DNA from: Takakia lepidozioides
Taxonomy: Eukaryota; Plantae; Bryophyta
Length of the DNA stretch: 64,000 bases
Direction of reading: 5' to 3'
Assembly: GCA_030704615.1 (NCBI GenBank)
Contig: CM060731.1
Location: forward strand, 1,922,001 to 1,986,000
Shown piece after piece: positions 51,911-64,000 of this stretch. A model generated the notes under the pieces. The model did no database searches and was not told the origin of the DNA. It saw only the letters and a program-made list of their open reading frames with translations. Each line of letters opens with the position of its first letter. Position 1 is the first letter of the stretch. The position numbers and the translations under genes were made by a program.

Positions 51911-52704
51911 CTAGCTTGCATCGTCGGCATGCTGCTCGGAAATTACCTCCATCCATGTGTACCACCTGTGATTGTCGTTGTAGATGTACAGCCATTTGTT
52001 CGATAGGAACTCCCACTCTGTGTTCTTTATGTCCTCCTCAAATGCTGCATCCACGGCCTCTTGTTGCTCCCGATCTGCGGGTTCTATGTCCTGAGCTTGC
52101 TCACTGTTGTTATTTATAGAAAGCAGCAGTGAAGCCAAGGCGTCGTTGTACCTATCTGCCTCAAAGTATAGCTTGAGCTTGTTGATGTCGGGTCGCTCTG
52201 CCATTTGCACAGCCGGAAGTGGCTTCATCCTGCACAATGGGATTCGTGGAGGAGCCCCATTTCTAAGCAAGTGCGCAATGGAGCTCATAGTGTGGTTCAT
52301 CGCACTTGTCGTCAATGACAACAGTGTTTGCTTGCGCATGTCAGCAGTCAAGACAACGTCTGCCAGAATGTTCTCAGTGGCGGGATTCGAGTTCCTACTT
52401 CCTGGGCGCTTGTGGCTGGACCTGGTGAGGCGGCGGTTGCTGATATGGGGGATACGGGAACGCGGTCCCCGGACATGGTGACGGCTGTGGACACCATCCC
52501 TGCTTCCTGTGATGCCATGCCTTTCTTCCAAAGTTTCCCAGCCTTCTTCGGAGGTCTACCCTCGATGCTCTGTTGGGAGATGACGGTGTGAGTGCGTAGG
52601 ACCTTACTGAGAGTTTGCGTGGACAATGCAAAGTCATCTTGCTCATCCTGAACGTGCTCCATGATGACCACTTTCCGCAGCACTGTAGTGGAAAAGGAAG
52701 GCAA
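51911..52704 (-). pseudogene. 5' part (ParB-like domain) of another ParB-MTase gene
   Basis: RIPLCRMKPLP...DINKLK...FLSNKWLYIYNDNHRWYTW aligns to RIPLCRMVSLP...DVDKLK...MSGKMFFVWDGNHRLLAW. Confidence 0.8.
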
Positions 52705-52769
52705 AGGGAGAACAGCAGAAGGGGATTCTGATCAGTGGACACAGTGGAGTAGACAAAAAGGCTACACTA

Positions 52770-53644
52770 ATCCTGCGTGGCCCTCAGTCAATTGTCATGG
52801 ACAAGGTGTTATCGCCAGGTGCAACCAATAGATGGAAGCTTGATGATGAGCAATTCAAGGAGCTCATGGAGGAGGTCGGTGCCGTGGGCAAATGTGGTGT
52901 TCGTTACGAAATACAGAAGAAAAAAGCAAAAATGGGGATTGGGAGTGATGTAGAAGCTTTGCTGACAATGAAAAGGTGGAGCAGGTATGACTATATCCAT
53001 GGGAGCCGGTTCCCAAGGCAAGGAGTGTGGATGATAGATGTTTTGTATTCAAAAATGTCAACTATTGGTAAGGGCTGTGGAGTCCATCTGGTGGGTCCAT
53101 GATGCGTCCCAGGGGGAAGCTAGGAAGGAGCTGGATTATGCTCAACAACATGAAGCAAATAAACGGATGGAGTACAATGGTTTGTCACGTGTATCATCTG
53201 AATTTTCGTCAGCTCATGACGATCGCAATTTGCGAAATGAAATGTGAGGATACAGAATCACAGAAGATCATGTGGGAATGCATTAATGATCAGCGAGCAA
53301 AGAAGGGGTGAGCGCAATTTCGGGGATTCATGGCCGACAATGCAAATGCCAATTGGGCTGCTGTTTGTCAAGTGTCTGGAGGCGGGGAACCGATGCCCGA
53401 TCGTGAGAGAACATGTGGACTCCATTGGGGTCAAAGTCTGGACAAGTGGACCAAAAAATACATCTCCCAAAACCTGCAACATGCACATGTTCAGCTTTGT
53501 ACAAAGTGGAGAGCAGCAAAGACTGAGGCGGAAGCAGAGGTGTCATTTTTGGCCATCCGAGCATGGTGGTCGTCTTTGGGTGCCGCTCGAGATGAAGATA
53601 TGCATACCGCTACTTTCAACTTGGAGGCTATGTTCGCAATGTAA
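52770..53644 (+). pseudogene. MULE transposase core fragment
   Basis: YDYIHGSRFP, KMSTIG.G.GV, IAICEMKCEDTESQ, GFMADNANANW, ERTCGLHW; matches 32073-32888. Confidence 0.88.
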
Positions 53645-55734
53645 GAATTCAGTTTATGCATGCAATGTCTTCTTACTAATTTCAGTGGGCTCACGTGAGC
53701 AAAGTTGGGATTTTATAGTCTGTACCGACTATTACATTCCATCGGTAACATTTGTATTTTGTTTGTAAATTTGTCGGTGCGCTGTTGTATATCTGTTCAC
53801 ATGAGCACAACATTGTTTTCATAGTGGCTCCGCTCACATGAAGCAACTGTCAAGTTATTTCACCACTAGTGTGAAACTAGCTAGGAAATAGCTAGCTTTT
53901 ACATATTGACATTTGGGATTGGCCCAAGTGTCAATCCAAGGGTCAAGGCAGATTTAGGCCCTGGAGTGGTTATCTTCACGGCAAGTGCGGGAGGCTCGTC
54001 TTTCTCGAGTTAAGCCTCACCGCGCCTAGCTATGGCGCCGTAGTGTGGATTCCCCATGGCATGGGGTGCACTTGGCTTGACTTGTATTTGAGTGACGAGT
54101 TTATATATGCATGAGTTTATGCTTCAGCTTTGTGAACTCGCATGAGCTTGTGCTTGTATTCTTCATCTTTATCACTCGAGAAAGATGAGCTCGTATCTGT
54201 AAGTGCCAGATACGAGTTAGTTGTAGCACTTGTGGTTTTTGCTTGAGAATGAGAGAAACCAGGTTGTTAGGCAAGGAACACCGTGGAGCTCTTGGTTGTT
54301 AGAAGCGGAGGCGATGTGGGTTACACGGTAGTAGACCTTGGCATTCGATCTTCAGCTTCAGAGATGAAAGCACCATGCTGTAGGTAATTCCAGAGCACCT
54401 TGATGGTTTCAGATTGTGTACATGCATGAGCAAGCACGATTGGGAAGAGGACCAGTCAAGAGCAGGTTAGAGTGGCTTTGGTGGCAAAGCTGAGAACTGG
54501 ACTTGGGAATGCGAGCTTTCATGGTGTGAAGGATTGCAAGACCAAGCGAAAGGGCTGATTTGGCTTGGGGCAAATCAGAGCACTTTGTGGAGTATGTTGA
54601 GATTGGGTTTCAATCTCGAGCTTCAGCATTGAGAGGGCTCTTGTCATGGCAAGAGCAGGGCTGGAACAGGAGCTAAGAGGTGCGGCAAGGCCATGGAATG
54701 TGCACCTAGGGTTTCAGAGCTTGGAAGAAGAGCTCTTGCACCACAAGAGAAATATCTTGTGGCTGGAAATGTAAGCCTTAGGGTTTCAGGAGCTTGGCAA
54801 AGGCTGTGGAGTGCTTAGTCTTGTCTTAGAGAGCATCAAGGAGCCAAGGAGCCAAGATAGGGGGCTGATACCTCTTGTGTGAAGAGGTTGCATGTGTGGA
54901 GCATGTATTCAGCTCATTGAAGCTTCTATCTTCAAGCTTGGAGGGCAAGCAAGGAAGAGGGAAGGGCTGACTTCCCTTATGTGAGGGCAATGCATGTGTG
55001 GAGCATGCTTTCAGCATGTTGAAGGCTTGTACTTTCAGGTTTGGGAGTGCAAGAAAGGAAGGAAGGGGCTGGTTTCCCTGTAGGGCATGTGTGGAGCATG
55101 CTTTCAGCCTGCTGAAGCTTGTATTTTCAGGTTTGTGGGTGCAAGAAATGAAGCAAATGAGCTGATTCTCTTATGGTGAGAGTGGGGCATGTGTGGAGCA
55201 TGCCTTCAGCCCATTGAGGCTCTTGTTTTCAAGCTTTAGAGAGTTAGAACGGAAGGCTAGGGCTGGTTTCCACTTGGGGTGAAATAAAAGCACTTGTAGG
55301 GCCTATGTGAGTTGGGGTTTCAACTTCAAGCTTGAAGGGAGCACAACTCTTGAAGCAGCAGGTGCAGGGGTTGGATTAGGTGCGAAGGGCATGCTATGGT
55401 CAAGAAAAACACGTGAATGAGTGCCTACAAGGGCTGGAAGTCAGCCATGTTTGGTTAGTCAGCCATGTTTGGTTAGTCGCCATAGGGATCAATGGCGCTG
55501 TTTTGTGAGTTAAAAGGAAGCTTGTGCACTTAGTTTCGGTTGCAAACATCTTCCTTTAGAATTAGAGCTACTATTGGTGGTGTGTGGGGGCCATAAAGAG
55601 CAAGAATACCTTGTTGATTTCCTGACAGCTGCCATAGCTCGGTGCAAAGAAGCCTAGAGTCCAAGAGACACAAACCCTAGCTTGGCGTGGCTAAACCCCT
55701 TAGAGAAATGGCTAAACTGCCATGAGTGGCCATG

Positions 55735-56580
55735 GATGGGGCTGTGACAGGCTGTGACAGGCTGTGCCCTGTGGCCTGTGGGGCTGTGAGGGGCTGTGAG
55801 GGGCTGTGACAGGCTGTGACAGGCTGTGGCATGTGGCCTGTGGGGCTGTGATGGGCTATGAGGGGCTGTGGTGGGCTGTGATGGGCTGTGACAGGCTATG
55901 ACCTGTGGCCTGTGGGGCTGTGACGGACTGTGACAGGCTGTGAGGGGCTGTGACAGGCTGTGCCTATGGCCCTTGGGGCTGTGACGGGCTGTGATAGGCT
56001 GTGACCTGTGGCCTGTGGGGCTGTGACGGACTGTGATGGGCTGTGAGGGGCTGTGACAGGTTGTGACATGTGGCCTTTGGGGCTGTGAGGGGCTGTGACA
56101 GGCTGTGCCATGTGGCCTTTGGGGTTGTGACAGGCTGTGGCCCGTGGGGCTGTGACCCTGTGACCTGTGTAGAGCTGTGACAGGCTGTGGCCTGTGGGGC
56201 TGTGATCCTGTGACCTGTGTAGGGCTGTGACAGGCTGTGGCCTGTGGGGCTGTGATCCTGTGACCTGTGTAGGGCTGTGACAGGTTGTGACATGTGGCCT
56301 GTGGGGCTGTGATGGACTGTGATAGGCTGTGACATATGGCCTTTGGGGTGTGAGGGGCTGTGACAGGCTGTGCCATGTGGCCTTTGGGGTTGTGCTGGGC
56401 TGTGACAGGCTGTGCCCTGTGGCCTTTGGGGCTGTGACGGGCTGTGACAGGCTGTGACCTGTGGCCTTTGGGGCTGTGATCCTGTGACCTGTGTAGGGCT
56501 GTGACAGGCTGTGACCTGTGACATTTGGGGCTCTGATGGGCTGTGGGGCTGTGACGGCTGTGACCAGTGATCTGTGTGGG
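55735..56580 (-). repeat. CACAGC/GCTGTG-based minisatellite
   Basis: Dense gctgtgacaggctgtg / gtggcctgtggg units. Confidence 0.9.
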
Positions 56581-57129
56581 CCTGTGCTGGTCTGTGGTGG
56601 CCCGTGTTGACCTGTGGACGGCCTGTGTTGACTCGTGGAGGCACTGGTGGACTACCTAAGGACTGGCATGTGGTCTTGAAGGGGGGCTGCTATTTCATGA
56701 GCCATGAGCCATAAGCAGAGTCGTAAGTGTCGAAAAAAAACATGAGCATGACTATTTTCCGGAAATGAATGTCCGCGGGAATAGGGTTTAGGGTGTCACG
56801 GTCATAGGATGAGAAGGACCTCCCGATGAAGGAGGTTCGGCAATGTTTTTTAGAATTACATATTGAAAGACAATGTTTCGCGAATGGTAGGGTGGTACTG
56901 CTCTGTACAATGGGGGCCTATTTCAGCCTACCAGCCACTTGCAAAATCCACCCACACTCCCAATCCCAAACGAAATGAGGAATGATGCATTCTGGGAACG
57001 ATGGATACAGAATAGAACAAAAAGAGGGCACAATGGGGTTTTTATTGATCCACATGAATTGCATTTGAAGCACGTCTACTGTGCTGATTGTGCAAACAAA
57101 TCTTTAGCCTTGTGCCTTCTGAATACAAG

Positions 57130-57890
57130 TCACGTTGTCAATGGGACTTTGACTCTCTGAGAACTAGCTCATGAGTCATCGGGCTCCTCCAGATAAACTG
57201 GATTGCAGCCGTTGTACCGCCCCTGTTGATGTTCACCACAATGTCGTGCCCTTCAATCATACCACCATCGACTTCACGTTTTCGTCGTCCACACCAATGC
57301 AAATGTCCCCATACAATGGAGAAGAGGAGCGCACTCCTTCAGGAGTATACGTCTCTCCGATGGAGTCCACCCACATCCACTGGCAGCAGTTCCACCGCAA
57401 CAGCATAGCAGTGCGCATTCTTCTGCATGGGTGCCCGTCGTAGCTGGGAAAATCGGAATCAAGGATGCGCAGGAGCCACGGACTCCTCAGACCAAGATCG
57501 TCACCCCGCTCGAAGGCGTAGTGGCCTGGGATATACTCAAAAGCGGACAATGTTTCCACATTCGAACCAGTATCTTCTGTGTAATCTGTGTACCAGATAA
57601 TGATGTCTCCCGATGTGGCCGAATACATTGCATAATCGAAGCCTCCATAAGGGCAGTCGTCCCGGTTCCGGAAGCACGACATCCTTGCAAAGGAGGACCT
57701 GAGGACGTCTTTGATGCCGATGACAATGACCTTGCAGACAGCAACGAAGCCCTTAGATTTTCGAAATGATGAGAAGCGGAAGAGCAGTGCGGGCTCCAAT
57801 AATGGAGCATCTGGGTCCCACGTACCCACCAATCATCGTGTAACGTGTTCATCACGTCAGCGGTGGATGAACCGATACCTCTTTATCATC
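57130..57890 (-). pseudogene. Cargo paralog 2, second copy (small deletions)
   Basis: Near identity to ORF 44043-44813. Confidence 0.8.
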
Positions 57891-58114
57891 CACGGGGTAT
57901 AGTTTGAAATCTGCCACCGAAGTCCATCCCCCGGATGGAAATTCGTCGTCGCATTTACATCGAAGGGGGGATGGACTTCGTCGTCTCGAGTGGCTACAGG
58001 CCCACCTGGCACTTACTACCCATAGTTTGCATGGCAGGGAAGGAAACTGAAACGGCTACATTCATGGAGCAGCCAATCTTCATCCGTGCAGGTTCCTGTA
58101 GGGGGGGAATTTAA

Positions 58115-58818
58115 ATGTGCCCTGGAGTGTTTGTGAGGAATTGCAGCGTTTGCTTGAACTTCTTCCAACCACCGCGCTGCTGCCTCCTCCATCCGGGAGC
58201 TGCTGTCATTGAGCGTACTCCGCTACTCTTTTTTCAAGGATGCCGTGCCGTCGAAATCCTACAGACTGCCCTTATCATGGCCACGATTATGCTATGTTCA
58301 AACCAAAATCAGGAGACATCATTGTCTGGCTCTCTGTTTTCACAAACGCTTCTGGAATCAAGCGGGAGTCTTTGCGCGCAATGGAGTATTTGGAGGGCTA
58401 TTACCGCTTTGAGCGAGGTGAGGGTGAGGGTCAATGCGGTCCGTGGGTCCTGAAAATTGTTGACCTCGATATACCAAGGTGGGTTGGGATGCCGGACAGA
58501 TCACGCACAGCCTCCCTTTGGCACTGGAACTGCTGCCAGTGGACCAGGGAGGACGGCACCGGGGAAAACTATATTCGTGGAGTTCACTCTGCTCTTCCAG
58601 TGTATGGAGACATTCGGCTGAGTTGCGAAGACGAATCGCACGGGCACATGAGGCCCACAGTGACCTTGTCAATGTATGATGGTGGTATGATTGATGGGCA
58701 TGACATTGTCGTCAGCTCCACCAAGGGCACCAGATCGACCGCATTGCAGTTTACCTCGAGGTGCCGCATCAGTAATGAGCTTGTTTTGAGGGCTATCGAA
58801 GTTCCGTCGACTTGGTGA
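58115..58818 (+). CDS. Cargo paralog 1, second copy
   Basis: 192-aa ORF 58240-58818 plus frameshifted N-terminus at 58115; near identity to 43122-43823. Confidence 0.75.
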
Positions 58819-59094
58819 CGCCCATGTAGAAGGAGGAAGGGCTTAGATTTGTCTGGAGTTGCTAAATGTGAGACACCGTGTTTGATCAATAAAACAACCC
58901 ATCATACCTCACTTATGTGTGCTTGTGTTTCATTGTGTTCAAGAACTGCCGTAATTGGCCCACTGTTTACAATTTGTGGTCTCATTTCTACAATGTGTCT
59001 GTCCATATGAATATACCAGAGTCAGCGATAGCAAAGTCCTGAGGTGAAGGAAATCCATGTATGAGTAAAAGGAAACATGTACATGCCGAAGCTT

Positions 59095-61155
59095 GGAAAT
59101 TCGGCACCGCATTTCATTTTTCTCCATGCAGCGATTTCTGGCAGCTCCCTTTCCTCCGTTGTGGTCGTAACAGAAATGTTGTACCGCATTTCATTTCTTG
59201 ACATGGCATTACCATACTTCGAATTGGAAATGCGGCACCATATTGGACCTTGAATTGTCCAAGCATTTCCAAACGCTAATGCTTGTCCATGTCCATACTG
59301 GAAATGCGGCACCGCATTTCCATGTCCGTCATCGAAATTTCGTACCGGACAATGGAATGCGGCACCGCATTTTCGGAGAGCACAATGGAATGCGGTGCCG
59401 CATTTCCGTCGAAGGGTCTGGAATTGGACAAACAACGATGTCCGTTCTGAAAATGCGGCACCGCATTTCCATGTCCGTCATCAAAATTTCGTATTGGACA
59501 ATGGAATGCGGTGCCGCATTTCCGTCCAACAAGACGGAATGCCCACACGGGTCTGGAATTGGACAAACAACGATGTCTGTTTTGGAAATGCGGCGCCGCA
59601 TTTCCATGTTTGGCAATCAAAAGTTCTTATTGGACAATGTAATGCGGTGCCGCATTTCCGTCAAAGGGTCTGGAATTGTAAGAATCCCAGTAAAGTAGAG
59701 CAGATTTTGGAGAGGGCTAGGGAGGACAGAAGGATAAGGAAAGAGTTAGCAACAGCTGAGGCAGGTAGACGGGTGCAAAAGTTCATATGTGATTCAGCGG
59801 ATGAGAGCGATGTAGACAAGGAGGACGACGAGCCAACAGAGGTGAGATGGTCGGTTCCGCAAGGTGAAGATGGGATTTTCGAAAGCCTGGCCAACGACCA
59901 GTCCGCTGGAGATGAAAAAGGCAATGACGGGGTGGAGGCGGAGCAGGAGAGTCAAGAACAGGCCGACAGTAGTGATGATTTTCAAGATTAATACAATTTT
60001 AATGAACTCTCTATACATTTAAATTCAATTCCACAGTATATAAAATGGAATTCTCCCCGTCCTTCATGTCCCCTTTCCCATGTGCTTCTAAACGACAACA
60101 TCGTCCAAACCTGGTCCCTCCCAAAATCAGAAATGCGGCACCGCATTTCAATGTCTGAACGGAAATGTGGCAACTGCAAAAACCTCGTTTGGAAATGCGG
60201 CACCGCATTTCCAAAACCGGGGCAAAAACAAATTTCCGATTCATGATTTGGACATCAGAAACTGTTCGGACAAACGTTTCCGACACGGCAGTTTTGCCGA
60301 TTGGCAGCTCCTTCCATGGATGTAAATCGAAATGCAGAGGTCGAACATGGAAATGCGGTGCCGCATTTACCTTTTGGAGATGGTCATTTTTCCAACTGCA
60401 GACCCATCGACGTTCTTGGGCTCCCAATTCCATGATGCTAGACGGGAATGCGGCACCGCATTCCATTGTCCAATAAGAAATTTCGATGACGTACATGGAA
60501 ATGCGGCGCCGCATTTCCAAAAGGGACATCGATGTTTGCCCAATTCCAGACCCTTTGACCGAAATGCGGCACCGCATTCCATCGTCCTACAAAAACTTAC
60601 ATTGTCCTATAAAAACTTTCAATTGCCCAACATGGGAAATGCGGCGCCGCATTTCCAAAACAGACATCGTTGTTTGTCCAATTCCAGACCCGTGTGGGCA
60701 TTCCGTCTTGATGGACGGAAATGCGGCACCGCATTCCATTGTCCGATTCGATATTTTGATGACAGACATGGAAATGCGGTGCCGCATTTCCAGAACTTCC
60801 ATCGTTGTTTGTCCAATTCCAGACCCTTCGACGGAAATGCGGCACCGCATTCCATTGTGCTCTCCGGAAATGTTGTGTCGCATTTCATTGTCCGGTACGA
60901 AATTTCGATGACGGACATGGAAATGCGGTGCCGCATTTCAAGTATGGACATGGACAAGCATTACCGACTGGACATGCTTGGATAGTGCAAGGTCAAATAT
61001 GGTGTTGCGGCGCCGCATTTCAAATTCGAAGTATGGTAATGCCATGTCAAGAAATGAAATGCGGTACAACATTTCTGTTACGACCACAACGGAGGAAAGG
61101 GAGCTGCCAGAAAAAAGCTTCATGGAGAAAATGGAATGCGGTGCCGAATTTTCGA
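59095..61155. repeat. B-type palindrome clusters in the rearranged copy
   Basis: More than 20 copies of (G)AATGCGGYRCCGCATT at 59095-59660 and 60130-61155. Confidence 0.9.
59680..59991 (+). pseudogene. Last (acidic) exon fragment of the ParB-MTase gene
   Basis: NPSKVEQILERAREDRRIRKEL...SDDFQD matches 41694-42004. Confidence 0.85.
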
Positions 61156-62399
61156 GCTTCGGCGTGTACATGTTTCCTACAACTCGTACATGGATTTCCT
61201 TCACCTCAGGACTGTGATATCGCTGACTCTGGTATATTCATATGGACAGACACATTGTAGAAATGAGACCTCAAATTGTAAACAGTGGGCCAATTACGGC
61301 AGTTCTTGAACACGATGAAACACAAGCACACAGAAGTGAGGTACGATGGGTTGTTTTATTGATCGAACACGGTGTCTCACATTTAGCAGCTCCAGACAAA
61401 TCTAAGCCCTTCCTCCTTCTACATGGGTGTCACCAAGTCGACGGAACTTCGATAGCCCTCAAAACTAGCTCATTACTGATGCGGCATCTCGAGGTAAACT
61501 GCAATGCGGTCGATCTGGTGCCCTTGGTGGAGCTGATGACAATGTCATACCCATCAATCATACCACCATCATACATCGACAAGGTCACTGTGGCCCTCCT
61601 GTGCCCGTGCGATTCGTCTTCGCAACTCAGCCAATCCCATTCCACCTTGGTATATCGAGGTCAACAATTTTCAGGACCCACGGACCGCATTGACCCTCGT
61701 TGTCGCGGCCCTTTGCCTTGAGGGCAGGGGGTCGGGACACATGAGGGGCTGCCTCTGTGGTGGGGGCAGCGGCAGCGGTAGGTATGGGGGGCTGAAGCAC
61801 CCTTGAGTGCCCAAGGCACTCAAGGAGGCGGAGGCGCTCACTAGGTGGAGCCCCGCACACCGGGTCGCGGTGGGGGTGGCTCCACAAGGGGTGGTGGTAG
61901 CTTAGCGGGACTTAGTGGGGGTGGCATAGGACTCACCATGGGGGCGGAGACCTCGTGGTGGGAGTCGTGGGGAGTCTTGGGACTCATCACGGTCCATAGG
62001 GGCCGTGATGAGTGGGCCAAGACTCACCGCGACTCATCACCGGGAGCAACTTTAGAGTGCACATGAGAGAACAAAATATGGTTCTGGGTCCAAATGACTT
62101 TTGTTTACTCCCAAATTTTGCACACACATTGCATATGCTATCATTAAGCATATGGCTTGAAAATGGAATTAAAAAAAAATCATGTGCAGGCGAAACGTTA
62201 TTTTCCGTCTCTAGGACACATAGCTGCGTTTAACACTAGAATGACCCATTGAATCAACTTGGTTCAAGCTCATATTTGGTCCACATGTGCATAAGTATGT
62301 TTAGATCACATATGCAAAGTTGCAACCCACACGAGCAACAAAAAAAATATTTACATCAATCGATTAATCGGATGTAGACAAAGTACATCATGAGAATAT

Positions 62400-63130
62400 C
62401 TACAATGCCCCTCTACGCGATCCCTGTCTCAAAGGAACCCTATTTCTATCATACACATCCCACTTACGCTGTAATCGGAGGTCCCAATCATCCCGGGAGA
62501 ACTCGTATGATGCAAATAGCTCGCTGCCAGCCCTAATAGTCCTATTAGCACATGTCATCACAAACATGTGTATCCCCTCACAGTATACCGACGTATGATC
62601 ACAAAAACTCTCTTGCCCATCGCTTCGCTCGTCCCATACTACATTGAATCTCCTAGGATCCAAAAGAACTGTTGACCAACCCAGCAACATTGCCGAAGAT
62701 ATCGGGGTCACCATCACAAAATCTGATCTCAATGGGAGATAACCCCCGTCTATGTACAGCCTGTCCGTTGACACACAAAATGTAGGGTAGGATGTATGGG
62801 GCTTCGAGGCGTAATGTACGGAACACCTTGGAGGTGTAGTATGGACCGTAGTAGGGAAACAAGTCCACCATGTTGTTTCTCCGAGGAGGAACCACAATAT
62901 CATTGACCGTGAATAAACCCCGACCCATAGTAGGGTCTGTAGCGGCTCTCACAACATACCGTCTCCCCCAATACTCGAAATCGGCAGTAACTTGCAAAGT
63001 CACTCCAAACCACCACAGATCATCCCAATGAGCTAACTTACAAAATTCAATATGCAAATTCAGGGCTGAGCCTGATGAGAGGGAAAAACAGGTCGAAGAA
63101 GAAGGCTGAAATGTGTTGAAGAAGGTACCT
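62400..63130 (-). pseudogene. SET-domain protein lysine methyltransferase-like gene, frameshifted
   Basis: MGRGLFT..DI, PYYG, GNVAGLVNSS...NV and ANRTIRAGSELFASY across ORFs 62653-63285 and 62400-62903. Confidence 0.75.
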
Positions 63131-63960
63131 TCATTAGCAGTGCCTTGTTCCATCCATTGCGCTGCTGTTCCCAGTTGACCATCTACCCACATTGTCCCAC
63201 CATTGACAAGGGTCAGAAAAGTGTTCATTCCAAAGCTTCTCTTCATCTCTATTATCAGTTTTTGGGTACTTTCCGGCTGCCACATTGGCAGTAACTTGCA
63301 AAATCACTCCAAACCACCACATATCCACCTAACGAGCCAACTTACAGAATTCAATATGCAAATTCAGGGTTGATCCTGATGAGAGGGCAAAACACGCTGA
63401 AACAGGTCAAAGAAAATGGTGCCCTCAAGCTGAAATATGTTGAAGAAGGTACCTTCATTAGCCGTGCCTTGTGGTGTCAATTGTGCTGCTGCCGCTGCTG
63501 TTTCCAGTTGAGCATCTACCCAGGCAAATTTCTTGTAGCTATTGATCCACAGGGAATCCGACGTAATCTTGTGTGTGAAATCCGGCCCACTTGGATGAAT
63601 CTGGACCTCTATCCCTGGTCTTCAGCTATCCCTGCATGTGTACAAATCATGAATACATCCTCAGCCTTGCTGCTAGCAGCTGACACTCACGGCGTGAAGT
63701 TTTTTCAACACCCCAACCCTACTTATTACAGTAGTTCCAACTCTGAATTGCATGTCAGAAAAATGTTCATTCCAAAGCTTATCTTCATCTTTGTTATCTG
63801 TTTTTGGGTACTTTCCTGCTGCCACATCGGCAGTACCTGCAAAGTCACTCCAAACCACCACAGATCCCCCCAACGAGCTAACTTACAAAATTCAATATGC
63901 AATTTCAGGGCTGAGTCTGATGAGAGGGCAAAACAGGCTGAAATAGGTCGAATCAGAAGA
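62985..63960 (-). repeat. Three tandem copies of a coding-like module upstream of SET
   Basis: LHIEFCKLA.W.D.WWFGV.LQV at ~62990-63090, 63290-63390, 63835-63935; two copies are followed by WQ.ESTQK.I..MK.SFGMN. Confidence 0.7.
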
Positions 63961-64000
63961 TGCCTCACCACATTGTCCTCGACCTTCTGTCATGACCCAC

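Larger units (their letters stand above)
56682..61699. mobile_element. Rearranged partial copy of element B (right end only, with internal inverted duplication)
   Basis: Begins GGGGGCTGCTATTTCATGAGC (B right TIR, inverted); reverse-colinear with B from 45276 to ~42500 until ~59678, then forward-colinear with B from ~41694. Confidence 0.88.

Noticed and set aside
55654-56644. 240-aa and 226-aa ORFs
   Set aside because: Translations of the CACAGC minisatellite
61700-64000. SET gene as cargo of the B-family copy
   Set aside because: Homology to B stops at ~61699, and there are no B palindromes or TIR in this segment

Overview
Eukaryotic, transposon-dense window with spliceosomal introns and no clear host housekeeping gene; a non-seed land plant such as a moss is my inference from the TE types. 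In order: (1) the 3' part of a non-chromoviral Ty3/gypsy element with a long extra ORF and a 1-kb LTR (1-9691). It appears inserted into (2) a second gypsy element carrying a DNMT3-like C5-cytosine methyltransferase upstream of RT and a C-terminal PHD finger (9692-12637). (3) Tandem non-autonomous Helitrons (12.7-15.7 kb). (4) Several related large Mutator-like (MULE) elements. The best preserved, element B (29759-45276), has 21-bp imperfect TIRs and an exact 9-bp TSD (AGACTGAAT). It encodes a GCM/WRKY-like + DDE + SWIM transposase and, divergently, a multi-intron gene fusing a ParB-like domain to a beta-class amino (N6A/N4C) DNA-methyltransferase-like domain, plus two divergent paralogous genes of unknown function. 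Between the two main genes is an array of about 28 palindromes (GGAAATGCGGYRCCGCATTTCC) spaced 53 bp apart; the same palindrome recurs in introns and in a second array. Decayed relatives (17-27 kb, 45.8-48 kb, 52-53.6 kb) show the same gene set, and two of them carry their own palindrome variants. A rearranged fold-back copy of B lies at 56.7-61.7 kb and a SET-domain gene remnant at 62.4-63.1 kb. Most ORFs have frameshifts or stops (decay or assembly indels). All protein assignments come from motif recognition by eye, not from database searches.
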